NCBI GenBank assembly: GCA_963849325.1
Contig: CAWKHF010000005.1
Span: forward strand, 672,001-736,000
Direction: 5' to 3'
Length of the DNA: 64,000 nucleotides
DNA from: an uncultured Planctomycetota bacterium
Lineage (GTDB): Bacteria; Planctomycetota; Planctomycetia; Gemmatales; Gemmataceae
The translations under genes were made by a program, and so were the position numbers. How positions within the stretch are numbered: position 1 is the first letter of the stretch; each line of letters starts with the position of its first letter. Positions 38,124 to 46,664 of the stretch are shown here, one piece after another. The notes beneath the pieces were generated by a model that worked only from the letters and a program-made list of their open reading frames with translations, was not told where the DNA came from and ran no database searches.

Positions 38124-38875
38124 TCGCGTTCATGTCCTCGATGCCCTCCGGCCAGCGGTCGCGCGGCTCGAAGCCGAGCAGCTTTCGGGTAGGTTCGAGA
38201 TCGTACATGGCGGTTCGCAGGGGCCGGCTCGTGGCGTAGACGACGGCGAAGCGGATGTCGGCGGGCGCCTCGACGGCGCAGGCGAAGAAGCGGCCGGCGT
38301 CGCCGGGGCTGAGGTACACATCCTTGGCCCAATCGAGAGCGGCCAACTCCTCGACGTGTTCGCGCGAACGCGGCACCCAGCCGAGGCGGACGGCGATCAC
38401 GCTCAGGCCGTGGTTCTCGGCGAGACATGCGGCCGGCCGCTTCGAGAAAGACCTTCGCCGCCGCGTACCAGCCGCGCGGCGTCGGTGGATCATCGGCCTT
38501 GATCGGCCACGGCCCGCGCTGCCGCTGCCACCACACGACCTGGCCACTGCTGGCCAGCACCAGCCGGCGCACGCCGGCCAGCCGCGCCGATTCCAGGACG
38601 TGATAAACGCCGACGAGATTGTTCGGCGCCAGCTGGGTCAAAAAATCGTCGTCGTCCGGCGTGGCGGCGAGGTGGATGACCGTGCCGGCGCCCTCGACGG
38701 CGCGACGCACCGCCGCGGCGTCGGTGAGGTCGGCGACAACGCAGTCCTCCAGGCCCGGCGTCGGTACGCGATCGAAGCCGCGCACCGGCCGGCCGCGCGC
38801 CTGCAACTCCGCCACCACCGCCCGGCCGATGCGTCCGCTCGAACCCGTGACCAGGACTGTCGGCGATTCGCTCAT
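38092..38875 (-). CDS. NAD-dependent epimerase/dehydratase (uronate dehydrogenase-like; frameshift near 38430)
   Basis: VLVTGSSGRIG, HLAA, YAAAK. Confidence 0.82.
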
Positions 38876-38992
38876 GTGTTTCTCTCCGGCAGACGGAATC
38901 TCCTCTCCTTGTGCCTGCGGATCAATGTATCGGACAGGGGGGCGGAGAGGATACACTGAGCAGGGTTGTCCTCGAACGAGAAGGAGTCCCTC

Positions 38993-40157
38993 ATGACGAC
39001 AACGGACCAGAAACAGTTGCTCGCGGATGTCGAGGCGTTTTGCCAGGAGGTTCGGCCCATCGAAGAGCTGTGCTACGTCGAGCACCGCTTCAACGATCAA
39101 GTCCTGCCGCTGGCGCAAGCACAACCTGCTGGGCATGCCCGTGCCGCGCGAGTACGGCGGCCGCGGCGCCGACACCGTCACCTACGCTCGCGCCCTGGCT
39201 CGCATTGGCCGCGAGGGGACCGGCGTGCGGACCTTCTTCTCCGGCCACACGTCCATCGGCGAATATCCCATCCTGACCTGGGGCAGCGAGGAGCAGAAAC
39301 GCCGTTACCTGCCGGCCGCCTGCCGTGGCGAGAAGGTGCTGGCCTTCGGACTGACCGAGCCGGAGGCGGGCAGCAATCCGCTGGAAATGCAGACGACCTA
39401 CGAACGTCGCGGCGATCACTTTATCCTCAACGGCGTCAAATACCTCATCTCCAACGGCGGCATCGCCGACGCCGTGGTCTGCTTCGCCTATCCCAAGGAC
39501 GGCGGCCGCATCAGCGCCTTCCTCGTCGATCGCGGTCCCGGCTTCGTCAGCGAGGACCTGACGGCCAAGCTGGGCATGCCGTCGGCGAACACGGCCATGT
39601 TCGAGCTGCGCGACTGCAAGGTGCCGGCGAATAATCTGCTCGGCGAGGAGGGGGCGGGCTTTCGCATCGCCATGGGCACGCTGGTCAGCGGCCGGCTCAG
39701 CGTGGCGGCGGGCTGTCTCGGCGTGATCGAGGACTGTCTGACGGAGGTGGTCCGTTACGCCAAGGAGCGCCAGCAGCACGGCAAGCCCATCGGCCGCCAT
39801 CAGCTCGTGCAGGAACACATCGCCGCGATCGAGATGGCGCGGGTGGCGTCGGATGCGTTGGTTCGGCAAGCCGCCGAGGCGAAGGACGCCAGCAACGCCG
39901 CCCCCGCCGATGCCGAGCTGCGTGCGCGGGCCGAATTGCTGGCGGCGCAGGCGAAGTTGTTCGCCGCCAACGCCGCCTGGGAGGCGGCCGATCGCGCCGT
40001 GCAAGTGTACGGCGGTCGCGGCTGGTCCACGTTGTATCGCGTCGGCCGGCACCTGATGGACGTGCGCGTCTGCCGCATTTACGAAGGCACGGATGAGATC
40101 CTCAAGCTGAAGATCGCCGCCGCCGTGCTGGGCAAGGAGTATGAAGCGTACAAGTGA
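38993..40157 (+). CDS. Acyl-CoA dehydrogenase (frameshift near 39113)
   Basis: FGLTEPEAGS, LNGVKYLISNG, RQQHGKPIG, AVQVYGGRG, IYEGTDEI. Confidence 0.92.
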
Positions 40158-40315
40158 ATCGCCCTGCCAGACGTGGAAGGAAAAAAGCGAAAAGCGGTAC
40201 GTCTTGAGATTTCTGTTGATAGCGAGACAATTTCGGCCCCTTGCGCGAACCTTGGCTGGTGCTTTGGGTGTCGTTTCTGGGTGACATTGTTGCGTTCTCA
40301 GTGGAGATGACGTTC

Positions 40316-41155
40316 ATGCGCGCCCTGACGAGTTGGGAGAGCCTTCAGCCGCTTGTCGGCACAACTTCAGAGAGCGCCGACCTTGACTTCAAAGCGACAC
40401 TGGATCCGTCGAAGGGCAAAATCGAATTTGCGAAGGACGTCGCTGCGCTGGCCCATGTGTTGGGCGGTCATGTGCTTGTCGGCGTATCCACCGATATGAA
40501 TGGAATCCGTTGCACGGGGTTCCACGGCATCGAGAAGGACCTTGCAACCGAGATCACCAAAGTCATCGAGGAACAGGTTAAGGATCGCTGTCGGCCAACG
40601 CCGATCTTCAATGTTCGATCATTTGGCCTGCCGGGATCGCCGAAAGTGGTTGTCGTGGTTGCCATCGAGGCAAGTGCCCGCGCACCGATTGGCGTCTGCC
40701 TTCGCCAAGACAGGGGTGGTCTCCTTGTCGATAAGGGATGGGCATTCCCATACCGCGTCGGCGCACTGACCGAATTCCTTCACCCGGACCAGTTCGGAGT
40801 CTACGAATCCATGACCGCCCGCCGTGCCGCCGCCATCCTGACTTCCATTCCCGCGAACGAACGCGAGCACATCATCCTTCGTTGGGTGGTACATGCAACA
40901 GTGCTGGGCACTGGGTACGGGGACGGTCAGAGCGCTCATCTCGAATCCGTGGCGGTCCGGTTCCTATGTGTCGATCTGCTTGGCAACGCGGCATCGTTCA
41001 GCGAGTTGGATGGGGCAGCACGAATCGACGTGCCGCTTGACCAGATCCAGACCGTTTGGAGGACAACTTGGAGGGCAACGGAAGGTTGGGCGGTTTCGAT
41101 CAACGGCAGTATCCAACAAACCGATGGCGAATGGCAGTACTGGCCCTCGATCTGA
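40316..41155 (+). CDS. Schlafen/AlbA_2 domain protein (cassette-like, lower GC)
   Basis: ESADLDFK...FAKDVAALAHVLGGHVLVGV N-terminal motif; followed by attC. Confidence 0.75.
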   Translation: MRALTSWESLQPLVGTTSESADLDFKATLDPSKGKIEFAKDVAALAHVLGGHVLVGVSTDMNGIRCTGFHGIEKDLATEITKVIEEQVKDRCRPTPIFNVRSFGLPGSPKVVVVVAIEASARAPIGVCLRQDRGGLLVDKGWAFPYRVGALTEFLHPDQFGVYESMTARRAAAILTSIPANEREHIILRWVVHATVLGTGYGDGQSAHLESVAVRFLCVDLLGNAASFSELDGAARIDVPLDQIQTVWRTTWRATEGWAVSINGSIQQTDGEWQYWPSI

Positions 41156-41430
41156 GCCGTCGTTAGCGTAGTGACTCAGGGCCGAACACGGCGCTGCGGC
41201 AGACCGGCCACGCGGCTAGCAGTTACTCGTGCTACAGCGCCGCGCTCCGCGTGAGCCGGCAGCTTCTATGATGCCAGGCCACTCGTCAAGAGGAAAATCA
41301 CCTTTTCTCGGCGTTAGTCTCCTCTCTTCCTCCCGGAACAGAGAGAGGCTAGCCGGGGGTCCAGGGGGCGGCAATCAGCGCCCCTGGTCGCCGCACGGAG
41401 GCGGCGAAATCTTCGGCAGGACGCCGACGC

Positions 41431-41585
41431 TGTCGGGGCTCCCATGCTTCTTATCCGAGCGTGGGTTCAAGACCCTGCCCAAATGGGATGCGAAGAAAGG
41501 TTGCGGGCTGCCCCATCTGAGCGCGAGGATTAAACCCCAGCAGCCGGCCGAGCACACCCGCAACCGCTCAGGAACTTCCCCGACA
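41431..41585 (-). ncRNA. Predicted bridge/seek RNA
   Basis: Closing stem 41578-85/41431-38; two internal loops whose unpaired strands match the target and donor junction sequences. Confidence 0.75.
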
Positions 41586-41609
41586 ATGACAACGCCTTGT
41601 CACTATCCG

Positions 41610-42623
41610 TCAGGCCGCCGCCTGTTGGCGGACTCCTTCGTGGTACAACCAACGCACGAAGCGGTTGGCCACGGCCGCTATCACCACCGTACTCGGTTTG
41701 CCCCGTGCCTTCAGACGCTCGGCCAGTTGCCGCCAACGCGGCTGCAGACGAGCCAACAGCCAGGCCGCCTCGATGAGCACGCGACGCAGTTCGGGATTGG
41801 CCGCCCGGATCAAACCGGCGTCGGCCTCACGCACGCCCGAGGAGCGGTTGCACGGCGTCAGGCCGCAGTACCGCGCCAACTGCTTGCCGGTTCGGAAACG
41901 GTCGAAGCGACCGATCTCGGCCCGCAACGTCCAGGCGGTGACCGGACCAATGCCCTTGATCGTCCGCAGCCAAGTTACGGTGCCGTCCACAGCGGTGACT
42001 TGTTGGAGACGTTCTTCGACGGTGCGGATCTCCTGGACGATCCAGGCCAGCCGACGCAGGCGTTGTTGCATGACCCAGCGTGCTTGTTCGGGCAGTTGAG
42101 CTTGATGCTCCAGCCAGGCGTGCCAGGCCCGCGTCCAGCGGTTGTGGCTACAGCGTAGGCGGTGTTCCCGTAGCAGGGCACCGATCTGGAGCTTGAGATT
42201 GCGTCGCTGGGCGGCCAGTTGTTGGCGGTCGCGGACCAGGGTACGGAGTTCACGGAGCTGCTGGGGTGCAATCCAGACGCGGGGTAGGTAGCCGACCCGT
42301 TCGAGGTCGGCCAGGACGCGGGCGTCGGAGAAGTCGGTTTTGTCGGGCGACTGCTTCATGCGGCTGACGAATCCGGGGTGGGCGAGGTGGACGGGCCAGG
42401 CGTAGCGGTCGGCGAGTTCTTCGGCGAGGTTGGCGGCTCCGGTGCAGGCTTCCAGGGCGGCGCCGCGGACGGCACCGAATCGCCGGACGGCCTGATCGAT
42501 GGCGTCGGCGGAGTCAGGCACGGCGCGGTTACACAAGACCTGACCCGTGGGGTCCAAGACGCACAGTTGGACGGCGTGTTGGGAGTAGTCCAGTCCGACG
42601 AACAGTGGTAGAGTGGTGGACAT
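41610..42623 (-). CDS. IS110 family recombinase/transposase
   Basis: DEDD RuvC motifs (GLDY, LEACTG, KTDFSDA) and C-terminal GIG...AEIG...F...YCGLTP..RSSG. Confidence 0.95.
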   Translation of the reverse strand: MSTTLPLFVGLDYSQHAVQLCVLDPTGQVLCNRAVPDSADAIDQAVRRFGAVRGAALEACTGAANLAEELADRYAWPVHLAHPGFVSRMKQSPDKTDFSDARVLADLERVGYLPRVWIAPQQLRELRTLVRDRQQLAAQRRNLKLQIGALLREHRLRCSHNRWTRAWHAWLEHQAQLPEQARWVMQQRLRRLAWIVQEIRTVEERLQQVTAVDGTVTWLRTIKGIGPVTAWTLRAEIGRFDRFRTGKQLARYCGLTPCNRSSGVREADAGLIRAANPELRRVLIEAAWLLARLQPRWRQLAERLKARGKPSTVVIAAVANRFVRWLYHEGVRQQAAA

Positions 42624-42805
42624 GTCGGGTTGCTCCAGATGGGGTGGCTTTTACTGGGTTACTCCATAATACCGCCGGCTTGTCGTCGGTGGGAGCAACC
42701 CGGCATCATCCCCATCTGAGCTTGTTGTTCGGCCTCTCTGGTTGCCCCATCATTACGTTTTGCGATACACTATGCTTATCGTTGCCCTGTTGAGGAGGTC
42801 AATTG

Positions 42806-42997
42806 ATGCACACGGTGAAGTACATCCACTGGGAGGAGGAGGGAGCCTGGCTGGGCTACCTTCAGGACTTCCCGGACTACTGGACGCAAGGTGAGACGCT
42901 TGAAGACTTGAAGGAACACTTGCGTGACTTGTATGCGGATTTGAGCGGTGGTCAATTCTCAGGAATTCGCCGAGTCGATGACCTGGACGTGGCATGA
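42806..42997 (+). CDS. hicB: HicB-like antitoxin (short)
   Basis: WLGYLQDFPDYWTQGETLEDLKEHL; ATGA overlap with hicA. Confidence 0.78.
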   Translation: MHTVKYIHWEEEGAWLGYLQDFPDYWTQGETLEDLKEHLRDLYADLSGGQFSGIRRVDDLDVA

Positions 42998-43233
42998 AGT
43001 GTGTTGACTTGATCCGTGCGATTGAAGGACTCGGCTGCGAGTTCGTGCGTCATGGCGGGAAGCACGACTGGTATCGTAATCCGACGACGGGGGTATCTCA
43101 GCCGGTGCCACGGCATCGGGAGATTAAGGATCGGCTGGCTCGCCACATCATCAAGATGTTGAGCAATCCGCCGGCGTCTCCTGCGAGTAGTCCGGAGGGT
43201 GAACAGCCGACGCCTCCCGTCAGCAATCAGTAA
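42994..43233 (+). CDS. hicA: HicA family mRNA interferase
   Basis: GCEFVRHGGKHDWYRNP...VPRHREI. Confidence 0.88.
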   Translation: MKCVDLIRAIEGLGCEFVRHGGKHDWYRNPTTGVSQPVPRHREIKDRLARHIIKMLSNPPASPASSPEGEQPTPPVSNQ

Positions 43234-43338
43234 GCGGCAAACCGGCTTGGTGCTGGAATGCGGAATGGGTATCGTGCCGCCAGCGATGGATTGCACAGAC
43301 CCATCGCTGGCGCTCCGCACTCGTTGGGAAATCCCGTC

Positions 43339-43635
43339 CTAGCCCGCGACGCCGAGCAGTCGGCTCTCCACGTCCATCGGCGCGTCCAGCGGATGCCACA
43401 GCGATAGGCCGAGACGGGCGCGTTCTTCGAGGATGGCGACCTTCTCCGGCGAGCCGGGCGGAGCGCTCGTCGGCTGGGCCGGCAGACACGGCTGGCCGTT
43501 GAAGTCGCCAACGCCGCGGCGGGCGAACTTGCTGGTGGACGGATAGCGATCGCGGACGCCCGGCGTGTAATAGCACGACCAGCATAGGCCCCGCGGACGG
43601 TTCGACTGCACACGCTGACAGTGCCGACACAACAT
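43339..43635 (-). CDS. Hypothetical Cys-rich protein
   Basis: CRHC...RPRGLCWSCYY; PT.APPGSPEKVAILEERARLGLSLWHPLD; AAAGGA RBS. Confidence 0.72.
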   Translation of the reverse strand: MLCRHCQRVQSNRPRGLCWSCYYTPGVRDRYPSTSKFARRGVGDFNGQPCLPAQPTSAPPGSPEKVAILEERARLGLSLWHPLDAPMDVESRLLGVAG

Positions 43636-43707
43636 GGTTTCATCCTTTCACGCGCTGAAGTTCCGGGGATTGTCGAAAGCCTCTTCTCTATCCCGTGCGT
43701 TGTCGGT

Positions 43708-44145
43708 TCACGCCGCGGCGATGTCGCCATCTGCCTGGGCCGGCTCACCGATGTCGGCCGATTGACGCTGGGCCACGGCGCGGTTGACCTCGGCCAGTAG
43801 CTGCGCGCGCATCTCGTCGCGCGGCGTCTCGTCGAACCAGTTGAGGAACCAGCGGCAGGCGGCCGGCTCGCCCAAGCGCTGATCGATCTCGAAACACATG
43901 CGGGCGAAGAACTCCTCGACCTCGGCTACCGTCTCCAGTCCGTCGCCCTGCCAGCCACAGAAGCCCAGGGCGCAGGCGGCCTCGACCGGCCAGTCCTGCA
44001 CGCACTGCAAGGGTGGCGGCGTCGTCGTCGCACCCTGCAGCAAGCGGGCGTCATCGTTCGTCAAGGCTTGCCGCAACGCTTCCAGTCCAGCCGTGGACAG
44101 CAGCGGCGCCACACCTTCCCGCCACACCTTTTGCCAGCTTTCCAT
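43708..44145 (-). CDS. Hypothetical protein
   Basis: AGGAG RBS; MESWQKVWREG...QGATTTPPP...ACALGFCGW...CRWFLNWFD. Confidence 0.72.
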   Translation of the reverse strand: MESWQKVWREGVAPLLSTAGLEALRQALTNDDARLLQGATTTPPPLQCVQDWPVEAACALGFCGWQGDGLETVAEVEEFFARMCFEIDQRLGEPAACRWFLNWFDETPRDEMRAQLLAEVNRAVAQRQSADIGEPAQADGDIAAA

Positions 44146-44222
44146 CGTTCGCTCTCCTGTCCTTGGGACCGTTGGCTTGGTTCGTCGTTGGGTTTTTTCG
44201 TCTCTCATGACTCCATAGTATT

Positions 44223-44251
44223 AGTGTAAGTATGTACATTATTTCTGTCAA
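44223..44251 (-). promoter_or_regulatory. Sigma70-type promoter for the 44145/43635 gene pair
   Basis: TTGACA-17 nt-TACACT with AT-rich upstream tract. Confidence 0.65.
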
Positions 44252-44596
44252 CGCTTTTTGGGCATTTTTTTCGGTTTATTTCCTGAATTGACACAAAAAA
44301 TAGCCTTCTGATGGCCGAGTATGATCAAATAAGTAGACATTATTAGACTTTGCACAAAAACGCGGTTCTGCACAAAAACCCTTCGGGCTGCACAAAAACG
44401 CCAGTATGGCAGGTGTCGAAGTGGCAGAAAGGAGACAGATAGGAATGCGCGGATGGAAGTAACCCCTATCCGACAAGGGAGAGAGAAGCCTCTGAACCTT
44501 GCCGGATAGGGTACTTGCGATGGCCGGTTGACAAGACCGACCGTCCGGGACTTTGTAGCCCCTGGCACTGCTTCGGCAATCTACTGTTGAAGTCTC

Positions 44597-44625
44597 TTGA
44601 CTCGAAGAGTTGAGGGATCTACGAT
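44597..44625 (+). promoter_or_regulatory. Sigma70-type promoter inside the transposon left arm
   Basis: TTGACT-17 nt-TACGAT. Confidence 0.6.
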
Positions 44626-44630
44626 GGTCA

Positions 44631-44747
44631 GAGTTGGCGGTCTGACTAACCGCCGATCTCCAAAATTCTGATTATCGAGTGCCAAGAAGCGGGCACCGAA
44701 AGAGCGACTATATGTCGCTGTTTTCGGTGCCCGCTTCTTTTGTTTTG
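44631..44747 (+). ncRNA. Putative small RNA/attenuated leader
   Basis: 5' hairpin GGCGGT...ACCGCC, then long stem AAGAAGCGGGCACCGAAA/TTTCGGTGCCCGCTTCTT and T-tract. Confidence 0.5.
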
Positions 44748-44835
44748 CAGGAGATGAAGAAGGCCAGCGAACGAAGAATGGCCCGGCAACGTCGGCGACC
44801 AACTGCCAAGGAGGAGCCGACGCGCGCGGGGGAGT

Positions 44836-44909
44836 GCGGGTGTAGCTCAAACGGATAGAGCAACCTGGTGCTAACGGGAAGGTTGCAGGTTCGAGTCCTG
44901 CCACCCGCA
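44836..44909 (+). tRNA. tRNA(-like) gene, anticodon GCT, short variable arm, Arg-like body; CCA not encoded
   Basis: Acceptor GCGGGTG/CACCCGC, D arm GCTC/GAGC, T arm GCAGG-TTCGAGT-CCTGC, anticodon loop GTGCTAA. Confidence 0.8.
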
Positions 44910-45075
44910 TCCCTTTCTTACTCTTTTTTCTGAGTTTTGAGAAGTAGAGCGGCCAAGGGGGCAGGTTTTGTCCCCGCTCGCCCCTGGCGCAAGCCTGGCG
45001 CGATTGGATGGCGTCTCTGCGCTGGAACAAGGACGTAATGGCATGAGAAAAATCGACACAAATCCTCTGCTACAA

Positions 45076-45104
45076 TTTACTTACGACGATATACTGTGTA
45101 TAAT
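45076..45104 (+). promoter_or_regulatory. Transposase promoter
   Basis: TTTACT-17 nt-TATAAT. Confidence 0.65.
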
Positions 45105-45111
45105 GGCAGCA

Positions 45112-45193
45112 GAGAAAAACAAAGCCTCCGAGGTTGCTGGAAACAACCTCGGAGGCAGATGCAACCGGCGGGTTGACGCCAGAAGCACCCTCA
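45112..45193 (-). ncRNA. Predicted cis-antisense RNA to the transposase leader
   Basis: Minus-strand TTCCCA-18-TAGAAT (45229-45200); perfect 13-bp stem 45124-45156 followed on minus by TTTGTTTTT. Confidence 0.5.
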
Positions 45194-45240
45194 ATCGCAA
45201 TTCTAGCGATCCCGCCGACTCTCTGGGAAGGGATCGCTCC

Positions 45241-46497
45241 ATGAATCCCTCTGATCCACGCCAGCAAAGAGCGGAACAGATCCTTGCGACCGGCATGATT
45301 GTCCGGCAGGGACACATCTTCTTCGTGCCGAGTCAGTCCGGCAAGCCGCGCCACTCCGTCATGCTGGACGGCGAAGCGCCCTCTTGCGACTGCGCCGATT
45401 TTGAAGAACGACAGCTTCCGTGCAAGCACATTTTCGCCGTGCAAATGATGCTTGAGCGGGAGAAGACCGGCGAACCGCTACCCGAGCCGGTCAAGGTGCC
45501 GTTGCCTCCCAAGCAGAAGACCTATCCGCAGGACTGGCCGAACTACAATCTTGCCCAGACCAACGAGAAGGACCACTTTCAGGCGCTCTTGGCGGACCTA
45601 TGCCGGAACGTCCCGGAACTTCCACCTGCGAAGACCGGCCGCAAGCGTATCCCGCTGGCCGATGCGCTCTTCGCGGCCACGTTCAAAATTTACTCCACTC
45701 TCTCGGCGCGGCGCTTCATGTGCGACCTGGAGGAAGCCCACCGGCGCGGGCACGTCGGACAGGTGCCCTGCTTCAATAGCGTCCTCAACTGCCTGGACAA
45801 CGCCGACGTGAAGCCGATCCTCTTTGACCTCATCCGGCAAAGCGCTCTACCCTTGCGCGAAGTAGACACGGACTTCGCCGTGGATTCCAGCGGCTTTATG
45901 ACCTCGCGGTTCGTCCGCTGGTTCGATCAGAAGTACGGCAGCACGAAGCAGGCGCATGAGTGGGTCAAGGTCCACATCATCACCGGCGTCAAGACGAACA
46001 TCATCGCCGCCGTGGAAATCCTCGACAAGCAGGCGAACGACTTTCCGCAGTTACCTGCGCTCGTCCGGGCAGCGGCCAAGGGCTTCCGCGTGGCGGAGGT
46101 CAGCGCCGACAAGGCATACGCCGGCCGCGAGAACTTCGACGCCGTGGCGGAAGTCGGAGGCACGCTGTACGCGGCCTTCAAGTCGAACACGACCGGCAGC
46201 GTCGGCGGGCTATTCGAGAAGATGTTCCATCTGTTCTGCCTGAACCGGGAGGACTACCTGCGGCACTACCACAAGCGCTCGAACGTCGAAAGCACGTTCA
46301 GCATGGTCAAGCGGAAGTTCGGCGATTCCCTGCGGTCCAAGTCGGACGCGGCGATGGTCAACGAGGCGCTGGCGAAGCTGCTCTGCCACAACCTCGTCGT
46401 GGTGATTCACGAGATGTACGAACTGGGGATTGACCCGACGTTCGGCGCTCCGACCAGAGAGGAATTACCCTGGTTCATTCTGCGGTTCCCAGGTTGA
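45241..46497 (+). CDS. SWIM zinc finger + DDE transposase (DDE_Tnp_1-type)
   Basis: SWIM CDCADF...CKH; DW.NYN; DSSGF; WVKVH; ADKAY; YHKRSNVESTFSMVKRKFG. Confidence 0.9.
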   Translation: MNPSDPRQQRAEQILATGMIVRQGHIFFVPSQSGKPRHSVMLDGEAPSCDCADFEERQLPCKHIFAVQMMLEREKTGEPLPEPVKVPLPPKQKTYPQDWPNYNLAQTNEKDHFQALLADLCRNVPELPPAKTGRKRIPLADALFAATFKIYSTLSARRFMCDLEEAHRRGHVGQVPCFNSVLNCLDNADVKPILFDLIRQSALPLREVDTDFAVDSSGFMTSRFVRWFDQKYGSTKQAHEWVKVHIITGVKTNIIAAVEILDKQANDFPQLPALVRAAAKGFRVAEVSADKAYAGRENFDAVAEVGGTLYAAFKSNTTGSVGGLFEKMFHLFCLNREDYLRHYHKRSNVESTFSMVKRKFGDSLRSKSDAAMVNEALAKLLCHNLVVVIHEMYELGIDPTFGAPTREELPWFILRFPG

Positions 46498-46664
46498 CGC
46501 CTATGAATCGCGTGTCGGTTCGACCGGCAACGCGCTTTGTTTCATGGCCTCGACTGTCCGAAAACGACCTTTACGATAAAATGTTAGTTCGCCCGAGGTC
46601 GATGAGAAACTTCGGGCATAGAATCCTCAAGTCGAGGAACCCTGCTCGATTGCGAGGCCGGTCA

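Larger units (their letters stand above)
41265..42715 (-). mobile_element. IS110 family, IS1111-type element (1451 bp)
   Basis: CT core at both junctions (41263-64, 42716-17); subterminal IRs ATGATGCCAGG/CCCGGCATCAT 3 and 6 nt from the ends; long non-coding region downstream of the recombinase. Confidence 0.9.
41181..42733 (+). other. attC site (41181-41264 + 42718-42733) split by IS insertion
   Basis: Reconstructed 100 bp: GCCGAAC...GCTGCGGC...GCTGAGC...GTTCGGC. Confidence 0.8.

Noticed and set aside
44330-44348. Possible dif site (minus strand TAATGTCTACT resembles a XerD arm)
   Set aside because: No XerC-like arm at 6-bp spacing in either the filled or the reconstructed empty site.
44346-44400. 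TGCACAAAAAC repeats as a mini-CRISPR array
   Set aside because: Repeats are 10-11 nt with 7-9 nt gaps, there are no cas genes, and they are explained as transposon end boxes.
44863-44880. Reading the tRNA anticodon as CTA (amber suppressor)
   Set aside because: That register gives no anticodon stem; only the GCT register pairs.
44968-45240. N-terminal extension of the transposase (509-aa ORF call)
   Set aside because: The region contains the promoter and structured leader; ATG 45241 with an upstream purine-rich RBS is the more plausible start.
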